From: Macrostomum lignano
Taxonomy: Eukaryota
DNA: 40,903 nt
Assembly (NCBI GenBank): GCA_002269645.1
Contig: NIVC01003138.1
Location: forward strand, 1-40,903
Direction: 5' to 3'
The notes under the pieces: generated by a model
Databases searched by the model: none
Seen by the model: only the letters and a program-made list of their open reading frames with translations
What the model was told of the DNA's origin: nothing
Translations under genes and position numbers: made by a program
Shown: in pieces, positions 1 through 11,982 of the stretch
Position numbering within the stretch: the stretch's first letter is position 1
Layout of the letters: each line of letters begins with the position of its first letter

Positions 1-120
1 ATTCTCTAATATCGTTTTTCTATCTAAAACATATTTCTCGAATATTCATAATTCTCGAGTGTCATGATCTCGAATGTCATAATCATACATGCGCAACCCC
101 CCCCCCCCTGATTTACACTG
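1..120. mobile_element. Possible right end of a hAT-like element truncated by the window edge
   Basis: Degenerate TCTCGAATGTCATAAT repeats, then C12-TGATTTACACTG, the same end architecture (C-run then ..CTG) as the other MITEs here. Confidence 0.25.
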
Positions 121-420
121 GCCGTGTGACTTACGAGTACTGTTTGACCAAAAATGCAACTTACCTGTGAAAGAAACCCTAGAGCAAAAATTAACGCAAT
201 TGTGGGTAAATGGCAGAAGTAACTATAATTGTCTTATTAAGGCTGAATACCTCGTCATCTAATTAGTACTACGCCAGTCGGCCATGTGTTGCGCATGTAT
301 GGTCATAATTCTTATAAGTATCACAATTCTCTATTATTACATTTTTTGAATGTCATAATTGTGAAGTTTCATGCCAGGTAAGTCACCATTTGTTATTGAA
401 CTGCAGTCTACATCAGATTC

Positions 421-490
421 CACCTGCTAAACGCCGCCCATCTCCCTCTGCCTCCCCGCCCCCGCTCGCCGCCCTGCACTCGTCAAGATG
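421..490 (+). other. Candidate first exon (5'UTR plus ATG only) of the importin-beta gene
   Basis: GC-rich leader ending CGTCAAG-ATG (488-490), followed immediately by a strong donor GTAAGC at 491. Phase 0 is compatible with the acceptor at 1642. Confidence 0.45.
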
Positions 491-1095
491 GTAAGCTGCG
501 GCTCTGTTAGGATTCTTCCTCTCCTTGCCCTTTGTTATCACAATATTGACATTTTATTTGCTTTCGATGGCTTGCAGTTTCAATAATTGATGCATTTACC
601 TGTCAATCACTGCGTGCTTGCTGGCCAGTTGACCAACTGCCAGCTGTAGTTTGGTAGCAGCTTAACAGTTAATCTCTAATCCCCAATTATGGCTATCCGA
701 CTTAAATCCCTTTCTCATTGCCGGCTGCAGTTTGCCTAATCTGACTGAATTGGCTTGCAATTTGTTTATTAATTATCATAATTCGGTTGCGTAGTGATCC
801 GATATCTGCTGATATTTATTTCTACTGCTGACTGCATACTCTGGTTCATTAAATCGGCCAGCTTATTCCAATATTAATCAATTATGTTGTCAACGGTCTT
901 AGAAATTGTCTCATTAGACTAGTTTTCATACTGTTTATTTAGCAATTTTACACAGCTATTTTTTGCATTGCCTTGCTGTTGTGCCTACCTGTCTGCTGCA
1001 TCTACCTGTCTGGGTGTGTCTGCCTGTCCACCTTAATTTAGACTGTCTACCCGCAGGAATCGCCCTCCCCCACCAGGTTCTCTCATCCTTCATCA

Positions 1096-1545
1096 GATCC
1101 TCCCCCATGGGAATCCCCCCGATCCTCCTTATGGGAATCCCCCTCGATCCTCCCCATGGGAATCCCCCCGATCCTCCCCATGGGAATCCCCCCCGATCCT
1201 CCTCATGGGAATCCCCCGATCCTTCTCATGGGAATCCCCCCGATCCTCCTCATGGGAATCCCCCTGATCCTCCCCATGGGAATCCCCGATCCTCCTCATG
1301 GGAATCCCCCCGATCCTCCCCATGGGAATCCCCCCGATCCTCCTCATGGGAATCCTCCCGATCCTCCCCATGGAAATCCCCCGATCCTCCCCACCCCATG
1401 GGAATCCCCCGATCCTCCTCATGGGAATCCTCCCGATCCTCCCCATGAGAATCCCCCGATCCTCCCCATGGGAATCCCCCGATCCTCATGGGAATCCCCC
1501 GATCCTCCCATAGGAATCCCCAAGATCCGATCCTCCCATGGAATC
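1096..1545. repeat. ~23-bp minisatellite (GATCCTCCCCATGGGAATCCCCC)n
   Basis: Direct reading; about 20 degenerate units. Confidence 0.95.
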
Positions 1546-1642
1546 GCCCTTAACAGATCCAACATGTGATCGACCCCTCAACAGATCTTCCACATGGAAT
1601 CGCCCAGTATCCCAGCTCCATCAAGCCGCCCCCGCACCCCAG

Positions 1643-4600
1643 GACCCGAACTTCCTGTCGGCGCAGAGCAACGAGATCCTCACGGCCATCGTGAACGGCA
1701 TGAAGAAGGAGGAGCAGAACAGCAACGTGCGGCTGGCGGCCACGCAGGCCCTGCTCAACAGCCTGGAGTTCACCAAGCAGAACTTCGACATTGACGCGGA
1801 GCGGCACTACATCATGCAGGTGGTGTGCGAGGCCACCAGTGCGCCGAGACCGGCATCAAAGTGGCCGCCCTGCAGTGCCTGGTCAAGATTATGAATCTGT
1901 ATTATCAGTACATGCCTATATGAACCAGGCCTTGTTTGCCGTGAGTACATTGGCTGCAATTATCTTAGCCGTATTCTTCTACTTATAGTAAGTAGTATTG
2001 CAATACAGTAAAATGTCATTTTGCAATCGGAGACTAAAAGAAGTGCCCCAGCCACCCGAGCAGTGCATCTGCGGCGCATGAAACCTGTCTCCTACATTAA
2101 AGCCATTTTGCTGCTTCTGCAGGCTGAGAACAACGGGGTTTTCCGCTGAGACTCTCATTTGTTATTCCCCGCTACTCTGACCTGCTACACGTTTTATTGT
2201 ATTCGTGTTTTATCTTTAAATTGCTAACATTCGCTTATCACATGGACTCTAAAAATCTGTCATTTTAAATTTTTAATTCAAACTCCAGTCTCAATTGAAT
2301 ATCCAGGGTCCAGTCCCAATTGAATATCCAGGGTCCAGTCCCAATTGAATATCCAGGGTCCAGTTTCAATTGAATATCCAGGGTCCAGTTTCAATTGAAT
2401 ATCCAGGGTCAGTCCCAATTGAATATCCAGGGTCCAGTCCCAATTGAATATCCAGGGTCCAGTCCCAATTGAATATCCAGGGTCCAGTCCCAATTGAATA
2501 TCCAGGGTCCAGTCCCAATTGAATATCCAGGGTCCAGTTTCAATTGAATATCCAGGGTCCAGTCCAATTGAATATCCAGGGTCCAGTCCCAATTGAATAT
2601 CCAGGGTCCAGTCCCAATTGAATATCCAGGGTCCAGTCCCAATTGAATATCCAGGGTCCAGTTTCAATTGAATATCCAGGGTCCAGTTTCAATTGAATAT
2701 CCAGGGTCCAGTTTCAATTGAATATCCAGGGTCCAGTCCCAATTAAACATCCAGGGTCCAAACCAATCGCTAAATCCCCCACACCTCAGATCACCTACGA
2801 GGCGATGAAGAGCGAGGTGGAAGAGGTGGCCTGCAGGGCATCGAGTTCTGGTCCACCGTGTGCGAGGAGGAGATCGACCTGGCCATCGACGAGCAGGAGA
2901 GCGAGGAGAAGGGCCTGCCGCCCACCGTCAGCAGCAAGCACTACGCCCGCGGCGCCCTGCCCTACCTGGTGCCCATTCTCACCGCCACCCTCACCAGGCA
3001 GGAGGAGCAGGACGACGAGGACGACTGGGGCCCGTGCAAGGCGGCCACGGTCTGCCTCATGCTGCTGGCCCAGTGCGCCGGCGATGCCATCGTGGGCGCC
3101 GTGTTGCCCTTCGTCAACGACCACATCCGGTCCGAGAACTGGCGCTTCCGGTGCGTGGCCTCCAGATGATCCTTGTGGACTAGGATAATCCCTGTGTTCT
3201 AGTGGGTATTCAGTGTGGTGTTGGGTTAATCCATGTTAGCTGGGGATTGTTGGTGGGCATAGGGATAATCCATGTGGATTGGGGATTGTTGGTGGGGCAT
3301 GGGGATAATCCATGTGGATTGGGGATTGTTGGTGGGGCATGGGGATAATACATGTGGGTTGGGGATTGTTGGTGGGGCATGGGGATAATCCATGTGGGTT
3401 GGGGATTGTTGGTGGGGCATGGGGATAATACATGTGGGTTGGGGATTGTTGGTGTGGCATGGGGATAATACATGTGGGTTGGGGATTGTTGGTGTGGCAT
3501 GGGGATAATCCATGTGGGTTGGGGATTGTTAGCGGGCATGGGGATAATCCATGTGGGTTGGGGATTGTTGGTGGGCATGGGGATAATCCACGTGGGTTGG
3601 GGATTGTTAGCGGGGCATGGGGATAATCCATGTGGGTTGGGGATTGTTAGCGGGGCATGGGGATAATCCACGTGGGTTGGAGATTGTTGGTGGGGCATGG
3701 GGATAATCCATGTGGGTTGGGGATTGTTAGCGGGCATGGGGATAATCCATGTGGGTTGGGGATTGTTAGCGGGGCATAGGGATAATCCACGTGGGTTGGA
3801 GATTGTTGGTGGGGCATGGGGATAATCCATGTGGGTTGGGGATTGTTAGCGGGGCATGGGGATAATCCATGTGGGTTGGGGATTGTTAGCGGGGCATAGG
3901 GATAATCCACGTGGGTTGGAGATTGTTGGTGGGGCATGGGGATAATCCATGTGGGTTGGGGATTGTTAGAGCGGCATGGGGATAATCCATGTGGGTTGGG
4001 GATTGTTGGTGGGGCATGGGGATAATCCATGTGGGTTGGGGATTGTTAGCGGGGCATGGGGATAATCCATGTGGTTTGGGGATTGTTGGTGTGGCATGGG
4101 GATAATCCATGTGGGTTGGAGATTGTTGGTGGGGCATGGGGATAATCCATGTGGGTTGGAGATTGTTGGTGGGGCATGGGGATAATCCATGTGGGTTGGA
4201 GATTGTTGGTGTGGCATGGGGATAATCCATGTGGGTTGGGGATTGTTAGCGGGGCATGGGGATAATCCATGTGGTTTGGGGATTGAAGCGGGGCATGGGG
4301 ATAATCCATGTGGGTTGGAGATTGTTGGTGGGGCATGGGGATAATCCATGTGGGTTGGAGATTGTTGGTGTGGCATGGGGATAATCCATGTGGGTTGGGG
4401 ATTGTTGGTGGGGCATGGGGATAATCCATGTGGTTTGGGGATTGTTAGCGGGGCATGGGGATAATACATGTGGTTTGGGGATTGTTAGCGGGGCATGGGG
4501 ATAATCCATGTGGGTTGGGGATTGTTAGCGGGGCATGGGGATAATCCACGTGGGTTGGAGATTGTTGGTGGGGCATGGGGATAATCCATGTGGGTTGGAG

Positions 4601-7600
4601 ATTGTTGGTGTGGCATGGGAATAATTCATGTGGGTTGGGGATTGTTGGTGGGGCATGGGGATAATCCATGTGGGTTGCATATTGTTAGCGGGGCATGGGG
4701 ATAATCCATGTGGGTTGGAGATTGTTGGTGTGGCATGGGGATAATCCATGTGGGTTGGGGATTGTTGGTGGGGCATGGGGATAATCCATGTGGTTTGGGG
4801 ATTGTTAGCGGGCATGGGGATAATACATGTGGTTTGGGGATTGTTAGCGGGGCATGGGGATAATCCATGTGGGTTGGAGATTGTTGGGGCATGGGGATAA
4901 TCCATGTGGTTTGGGGATTGTTAGCGGGGCATGGGATAATACATGTGGGTTGGGGAGTTTTTGAGGGGCATGGGGATAATCCATGTGGGTTGGGGATTGT
5001 TGGTGGGGCATGGGGATAATCCATGTGGGTTGGGGATTGTTGGTGGGGCATGGGGATAATCCATGTGGATTGGGGATTGTTAGCGGGGCATGGGGATAAT
5101 CCATGTGGGTTGGGGATTGTTGGTGGGGCATGGGGATAATCCATGTGGATTGGGGATTGTTAGCGGGCATGGGGATAATCCATGTGGATTGGGGATTGTA
5201 AGCCAGGCATGGGGATAATCCATGTTTGCTTTGGATTCTTAGAGCTCTCCACGCCGACACCACTATTTTACAGCGACGCCGCCGTGATGTCGTTCGGCTG
5301 CATCCTGGAGGGCCCGGACCCCGACAACCTGCGCAGCCTGGTTGAGAACGCCCTGCCCGTCATCATCGAGCTGCTGCGCGATCCGTCAAATGTTGTCCGC
5401 GACACCTCGGCCTGGACCATCGGCCGCGTGCTGGACACCCTGCCTGGCCTGGTGGTGCAGGAGAAGTTCCTCAACCCGCTGCTGCACGGCCTGGTGGAGG
5501 GCCTCGGAGCCGAGCCGCGGGTGGCTGCCAACGTCTGCTGGGCCTTCAGCAGCCTCGCCTCCGCCGCCTACGACCAGGCAGTCAGCCAGGTGAAGCGGCC
5601 CTGCTTGACTGAACCTCATTGTTTGCCACAATTCTCCCTCTGAATCTCACAGTTTGCCACAAATCTCCCCTGAATCTCACTGTTTGCCACAAATCTCCCC
5701 CTGAATCTCACAGTTTGCCACAAACGCCACCTGAATCTCACTGTTTGCCACAAACGCCACCTGAATCTCACTGTTTGCCACAAACGCCACCTGAATCTCA
5801 CTGTTTGCCACAAACGCCACCTGAATCTCACTGTTTGCCACAAACGCCACCTGAATCTCACTGTTTGCCACAAACGCCACCTGAATCTCACTGTTTGCCA
5901 CAAACGCCACCTGAATCTCACCACCAGGCCGGCACGTCGGACAACCGCAGCGCCCAGGTGGAGACCTACTGCCTGAGCGGCTTCTTCGAGCCGATCGTCG
6001 GCAAGCTGCTGGAGACGACGGACCGGCAGGAGGCAGGGCAGCACAACCTGCGCAACGCGGCCTACCACGCGCTGATGGAGATGCTGAAGCACTCGCCCAG
6101 GGACTGCTACGCCACCCTGCAGAAAACCACGCTTATTGTGATGCAGCGGCTCAAGAGCATTCAGGCAAGGCCAGCGAACATGATTAGCCCAGTGGCGGAT
6201 CTAGAGTTTCATTTTGGGGGGGCGGTCCAAGTTTGGGGCGCCAACACGAGTGTAAGGGGCGCCAATTTTTAAGCTAGGGGGCGCAAAAAATGCTTTTGGG
6301 GCGAAAAATCAAGCTTAGGGGCGCAAAAAAGGCGTTTGGGGGCAAAGAATCAAGTTTAGGGGGCACAATATGTTCGGTCAAGCTATTATTGGGGGGGGGG
6401 CGGTCGCCCCCCCCCCCTAAATCCGCCCCTGAGTATGCTGTGTTGCCCGTTGCAAACGTTATTGTGCCAGCAGTCGCTAAAGAGTCATTGCAAACTAACC
6501 ACTGACTCTAGCGACTCTGGTACGACTCGTGTGACTTTCCAACGACTCAAACGACTGGTAATATGATGGAGATGCGACTGTTGAGTCAGGAGCGCATCAA
6601 CGTGCTGAACTTTCTACTAACTCAAGTAGAATAAATAGAGTTGTTCATTAAGTGCCGCAGATGCGCTTTAGACACAATTCAGTGATTCTACGGCGACTCT
6701 GGCTCGCCTCAGATACGACTCCACGGCCCCAGAGTCATTACAACAGTATCGCCCCAGAGTCACTTGCGTCGCCATGACGACTTTTTGGCTCTTTTTACCG
6801 TGACGTTTTAGAGTCGTCAAGAGTCACTTCTTTTCTATTCACCCGCAACGATTCTGAAAGGACTCTGGCGAAGCAGGTGACCCTGGCAAATTTCTTGGCC
6901 TAGTTACCGTTTGCATCGGGTTGACTGGGTTCTGGGGAAAACAATTTCGCCGCGCTGCAAGTCCCAAACTGAGTGTTAGTCTGTTAAATTAAAATCGACT
7001 TGCATGTCGGAGTTTGTCTACTGATACGAGGTGAGTAGCAAGTATAGAGCGTGGCGCAAAAATCTTGCATGGCGGACAAAAAATTCTGTTCAGTCTAGCT
7101 AATGCTTGAAATTGGAATCTATATTAGGACAGAAAATGGTCCTGGCAGTGTCAACCGGGTTCGACTCCACTTTTGGCACACGGATAAACTTATTCAGCTT
7201 GAACCCAATCACCAACTACTTCAAGTAGCCAATCCAGTAGCAGCTATAAATATCATTGAATTGTGATTTTTCTCCAACCATCCGTATAGGACGTGGCCGA
7301 CAAGCTGCAGACCTCGCACGACCGGGCCCAGCTGAACGAGCTGCAGAGCATGCTGTGCGCCACCCTGCAGTCCGTGCTGCACAAGATCGACCGCAACGAT
7401 GCGCCCAACATTGCCGACGCTGTCATGGAGCTGCTGCTCCGGATGCTCACCCAGCAGCAGGTGCAGCAGCACCAGCCCGCCGACGATGAGGCTGAGCAGC
7501 AGAGCGGCGTGCAGGAGGACGCCCTGCTGGCCATGGCCGCCCTGGTGGACTGCCTTGGCGAGGACTTCATCAAGTACATGGAGGTCTTCAAGCCGGTGCT

Positions 7601-10600
7601 GCTCTCCTGCCTGCGCTCCGTTACTGAAACCCAGGTAGACGATTCAGCTCCCGTTTCTTGTGGCTTGCTGGCCAGTCAGCTGTGGAACTGCCAGTCTCCC
7701 AGATCCTCAGTTGCTGGGCCAGCCTCCCAGATCCTCAGTTGCTAGGCCAGCCTCCCAGATCCTCAGTTGCTAGGCCAGCCTCCAGATCCTCAGTTACTGG
7801 GCCAGGCTCCCAGATCCTCAGTTGCTGGGCCAGCCTCCCATATCCTCAGCTGCTAGGCCAGGCTCCCAGATCATCAGTTGCTGGGCCACCAGCCTCCCAT
7901 ATCCTCAGTTGCTAGGCCAGCCTCCCAGATCCTCAGTTGCTAGGCCAGCCTCCCAGATCCTCAGTTGCTAGGCCAGCCTCCCATATCCTCAGCTGCTAGG
8001 CCAGCCTCCCAGATCCTCAGTTGCCAGGCCAGCCTCCCAGATCCTCAGTTGCTGGGCCAGCCTCCCAGAGTGTCAGTTGCTGGGCCAGCCTCCCAGAACC
8101 TTAGTTGCTGGGCCAGCCTCCCATATCCTCAGTTGCTGGGCCACCAGCCTCCCAGAACCTTAGTTGCTGGGCCAGCCTCCCAGATCCTCAGTTGCTGGGC
8201 CAGCCTCCCATATCCTCAGTTGCTGGGCCACCAGCCTCCCAGAACCTTAGTTGCTGGGCCAGCCTCCCAGATCCTCAGTTGCTGGGCCACCAGCCTCCCA
8301 GATCCTCAGTTGCTGGGCCAGTCTCCCAGATCCTCAGTTGCTGGGCCAGCCTCCCAGATCCTCAGTTGCTAGGCCAGTCTCCCAGATCCTCAGTTGCCAG
8401 GCCAGCCTCCCATATCCTCAGCTGCTAGGCCAGCCTCCCAGATCATCAGTTGCTGGGCCACCAGCCTCCCATATCCTCAGTTGCTAGGCCAGCCTCCCAG
8501 ATCCTCAGTTGCTAGGCCAGCCTCCCATATCCTCAGCTGCTGGGCCAGCCTCCCAGATCCTTAGTTGCTAGGCCAGCCTCCCATATCCTCAGTTGCTGGG
8601 CCAGCCTCCCAGAACCTTAGTTGCTGGGCCAGCCTCCCAGATCCTCAGTTGCTAGGCCAGTCTCCCAGATCCTCAGTTGCTAGGCCAGCCTCCCAGATCC
8701 TCAGTTGCTAGGCCAGCCTCCCAGATCCTCAGTTTCCAGGCCAGCCTCCCATATCCTCAGCTGCTAGGCCAGCCTCCCAGATCATCAGTTGCTGGGCCAC
8801 CAGCCTCCCATATCCTCAGTTGCTAGGCCAGCCTCCCAGATCCTCAGTTGCTAGGCCAGCCTCCCAGATCCTCAGTTGCTAGGCCAGCCTCCCAGATCCT
8901 CAGTTGCCAGGCCAGCCTCCCATATCCTCAGCTGCTAGGCCAGCCTCCCAGATCATCAGTTGCTGGGCCACCAGCCTCCCATATCCTCAGTTGCTAGGCC
9001 AGCCTCCCAGATCCTCAGTTGCTAGGCCAGCCTCCCAGATCCTCAGCTGCTGGGCCAGCCTCCCAGATCCTTAGTTGCTAGGCCAGCCTCCCATATCCTC
9101 AGTTGCTGGGCCAGCCTCCCAGAACCTTAGTTGCTGGGCCAGCCTCCCAGATCCTCAGTTGCTAGGCCAGTCTCCCAGATCCTCAGTTGCTAGGCCAGCC
9201 TCCCAGATCCTCAGTTGCTAGGCCAGCCTCCCAGATCCTCAGTTGCCAGGCCAGCCTCCCATATCCTCAGCTGCTAGGCCAGCCTCCCAGATCATCAGTT
9301 GCTGGGCCACCAGCCTCCCATATCCTCAGTTGCTAGGCCAGCCTCCCAGATCCTCAGTTGCTAGGCCAGCCTCCCATATCCTCAGCTGCTAGGCCAGCCT
9401 CCCAGATCCTCAGTTGCCAGGCCAGCCTCCCATATCCTCAGTTGCTAGGCCAGTCTCCCAGATCCTCAGTTGCTGGGCCAGCCTCCCATATCCTCAGTTG
9501 CTGGGCCAGTCTCCCAGATCCTCAGTTGCTAGGCCAGTCTCCCAGATCCTCAGTTGCTAGGCCAGCCTCCCATATCCTCAGTTGCTGGGCCAGCCTCCCA
9601 GATCCTTAGTTGCTAGGCCAGCCTCCCATATCCTCAGTTGCTGGGCCAGCCTCCCAGAACCTTAGTTGCTGGGCCAGCCTCCCAGATCCTCAGTCGCTGG
9701 GCCACCAGCCTCCCAGAACCTTAGTTGCTGGGCCAGCCTCCTAAATCCTCATTTACTAGTCAATCTGAGTCACTTACTCGTGGATTAATGCTCTAAAGCT
9801 TAGTCCTGTAACGCATCTTTCGGGGGGGGGGCGTAGCCTAGTTGTCTAGCGTGGCATTCTGGTGTGCCAGCGTCCCAGGCTCGATTCCAAGTGCAGTCAT
9901 TAATTTGGGGCTAAATTTGAATCCCAAGGCACAATAAAGTGTACATACCTAACGACAAATAAAGTTACGGCCGCTGTACACTCATGTGAGTGCGTGCCTG
10001 TGCGTATCCGCGCACTTGTGTGCCTGCTCAGGGGAGTCGGTAGAATGGGCAGTAATGCCTCTCGCCGGCTGTGTCCTGTGTGACAATGTCGCTTAAAGAA
10101 TGCACCTCCGTCGCTGCCAGATCTGCATGAACGCAGTCGGCCTGCTTGGCGACCTCTGCCGCGCCCTCGGCGAGCGCATCGCTCCCTACACTGACGAGAT
10201 CTTCGTCATCCTGGTGGAGCTGCTCAGCTCGCAGGCCGTCGACCAGAGCGTGAAGCCCAGCGTGATCAGCGCCTTCTCCGACTTCTCCCTGGCTCTGGGC
10301 CCGGGCTTCTTCAAGTTCCTGGAGATCGTCATCAACACCCTGCAGCAGGCCAGCCAGGCCCAGGTGGACGTGAGCAACCCGGACCAGGTGGACTACCTGA
10401 ACGAGCTGCGCGAGGCCTGCCTGGAGGCCTACACCGGCATTGTGCAGGGCCTGAAGGGCAACGGGCCGACTCCGCACACTCAGGAGCTGCGCTCCATCCA
10501 GCCGGCTGTGCAGCCCATGCTGCACTTCATTGCCATGGTTGCCCGCGACCCCGTCTCCACTGACGAGGTGCTCGGCTGCGCCTGCGGCCTGCTGGGGTGA

Positions 10601-11158
10601 GACTTGAGCTGTTGAGAAATTTCCTGTTGGATAGAGGGGCTCTGTTCTGTCAGTTTCCTGACCTATATCTGGATCTCAGTAGATAAGCTAATATTGCCAG
10701 TAGATATTGCTCAGATTGTCAGTAGATAAGCTCAGATTGTCAGTAGATAAGCTCAGATTGTCAGTAGATAATCTCAGAGGCACATTGTCAGTAGATAAGC
10801 TTATATTGCCAGTAGGTAAGCTCATATTGCCAGTAGATAAGCTCATATTGCCAGTAGATAAGCTCAGATTGTCAGTAGGTAAGCTCAGCTTGTTTACACA
10901 GATAAGCTTGATTACACAGAAGATAAGCTGGTTTACTTTGCAACTCAGCGGCTGGTCTCAGTGAGCCTCAACTCCCCTGTCCGCCATCGCAGCGACCTGG
11001 TGACCGCCTACGGCGCCGACCTGCTGCCCGCCGTCAGCGAGGACGTTTTCAGCGCCATGCTGCAGAAGTGCCGCCGCAGCAAGGTGTCAAAGGCGAAGAC
11101 CCTGGCCGTGTGGACCACCAAGGAGATTCGCAAGCTGAAGAACCTGCAGACGGCCTGA
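1643..11158 (+). CDS. KPNB1: Importin subunit beta-1 (karyopherin beta-1), spliced. Exons 1643-1940, 2790-3150, 5274-5589, 5928-6164, 7290-7634, 10121-10596, 10993-11158; exons for the N-terminal ~160 aa not found
   Basis: Translations match importin-beta motifs: [120 protein letters not shown]. All junctions have AG acceptors, GT (one GC) donors and compatible phases. Apparent base-loss frameshifts at ~1836, ~1915 and ~2830. Confidence 0.95.
2283..2760. repeat. 25-bp minisatellite (AATTGAATATCCAGGGTCCAGTCCC)n
   Basis: About 19 units, intronic. Confidence 0.97.
3181..5224. repeat. 40-bp G-rich minisatellite (GGGGATAATCCATGTGGGTTGGGGATTGTTGGTGGGGCAT)n
   Basis: About 50 units filling the intron 3151-5273. 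Confidence 0.98.
5609..5921. repeat. 30-bp minisatellite (CTGAATCTCACTGTTTGCCACAAACGCCAC)n
   Basis: About 10 units; the last unit runs into the acceptor at 5927. Confidence 0.97.
6190..6431. mobile_element. hAT-like MITE
   Basis: 15-bp TIR CAGTGGCGGATCTAG vs reverse complement CAGGGGCGGATTTAG (13/15). Internal GGGGCGC(A)n repeats and a G10/C10 subterminal hairpin. No TSD recognisable. Confidence 0.65.
7690..9745. repeat. 28-bp minisatellite (GCTGGGCCAGCCTCCCAGATCCTCAGTT)n
   Basis: About 70 units with recurring variant blocks. Confidence 0.98.
9829..10098 (+). mobile_element. tRNA-derived SINE, full-length-looking copy
   Basis: A-box-like TAGCCTAGTTG, B-box-like GGCTCGATTCC and stem TGGCA/TGCCA, followed by a body shared with 34641-34836. 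Confidence 0.7.
10677..10890. repeat. 21-bp minisatellite (GTCAGTAGATAAGCTCAGATT)n
   Basis: About 10 units, intronic. Confidence 0.93.
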
Positions 11159-11167
11159 GCGCAGTTC

Positions 11168-11173
11168 AATAAA
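11168..11173 (+). promoter_or_regulatory. Candidate polyadenylation signal of the importin-beta gene
   Basis: AATAAA 10 nt after the stop codon. The pyrimidine-rich UTR-like sequence continues to ~11700, so a distal site may also be used. Confidence 0.35.
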
Positions 11174-11894
11174 AGTTCCTTTCGCACCCGACTTCAGTTA
11201 GCAGTGACTGCTCAGTCCAAGCCTTCCCGCTCGCGTCAGCCCCGTCTCCACCCCGCTGCTCAGTTATGCACCCGTTTAGCTGCTCTACAGTCTGAAAGCT
11301 TCCATTCACTGTTTCTGTCCCTGTCTGTGTCTGGTCTGCCTGTCCGTCTGTCTGCATTTATTACTGACTCAATTAGCGGCCCGTAGCCCCGCTGCCTGCC
11401 TGCCTGTGTGCCACCGTTCATCGCTCCGCCGCCCCCGCCTTTGCCGGCCAAGCACATTTTCTCTCTCTGAAAATGCCCATCTACTGGGTTTATTTTTATT
11501 TTCCGAGTTTGCGTCTTCGTTATTTTCTCGGTTTTTAGTACCCCGTTATTATTATATTATTAGTATAAATTGTTAGAAATCAGAAATAATTTTTCAATTC
11601 TGTTCTCTACTTCGAATCGAATCCAATTTGTCCTGAGCCGTCAGCACCGAATCCAGCTCGAATTTGCTGCGCCCTTGGTCTCTGCAAAAACTGAATAATA
11701 AATATAATTGCCTCCGCTTCTAATCAATAACAAATATTTAAGCGCGTATTTTGCTACAAAAATTAAAGTAACATCTCGTCATTCCCCAATTGAACTCCAG
11801 CTGCCTTGTGCGTGTCTGTTCAATTTTCCAGCTTTTCAACTTCGAGTCTTTTAATAAGCAGTTCTGCGCGTTCCGCTGGCTCCTGAGCACACGC

Positions 11895-11982
11895 GCCAAT
11901 ACTGTATACAGGCATGTACTCATGCACACGCTCACTCAGGGTGTACAGCAGCCCTGACTTTCTAATCCTCAGGCATGTGCAC
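11895..11982 (-). repeat. SINE-core-related fragment
   Basis: Reverse complement contains GATTAGAAAGTCAGGGCTGCTGTACACCCTGAGTGAGC, matching 20628-20700 and the SINE body. Confidence 0.55.

Noticed and set aside
7130-7175. B-box GGTTCGACTCC as a tRNA or SINE
   Set aside because: No convincing A-box or cloverleaf, and no second copy in the window.
9829-9900. Functional tRNA gene
   Set aside because: No 3' acceptor strand complementary to the 5' end, irregular T-arm and 8-nt anticodon loop; continues into a dispersed repeat body, so it is called a SINE head.
1643-11158. Importin-beta, DEG/ENaC and PCM1 as pseudogenes
   Set aside because: Only base-loss frameshifts are seen, with intact splice sites, no nonsense codons and conserved residues; sequencing error is more parsimonious pending reads.
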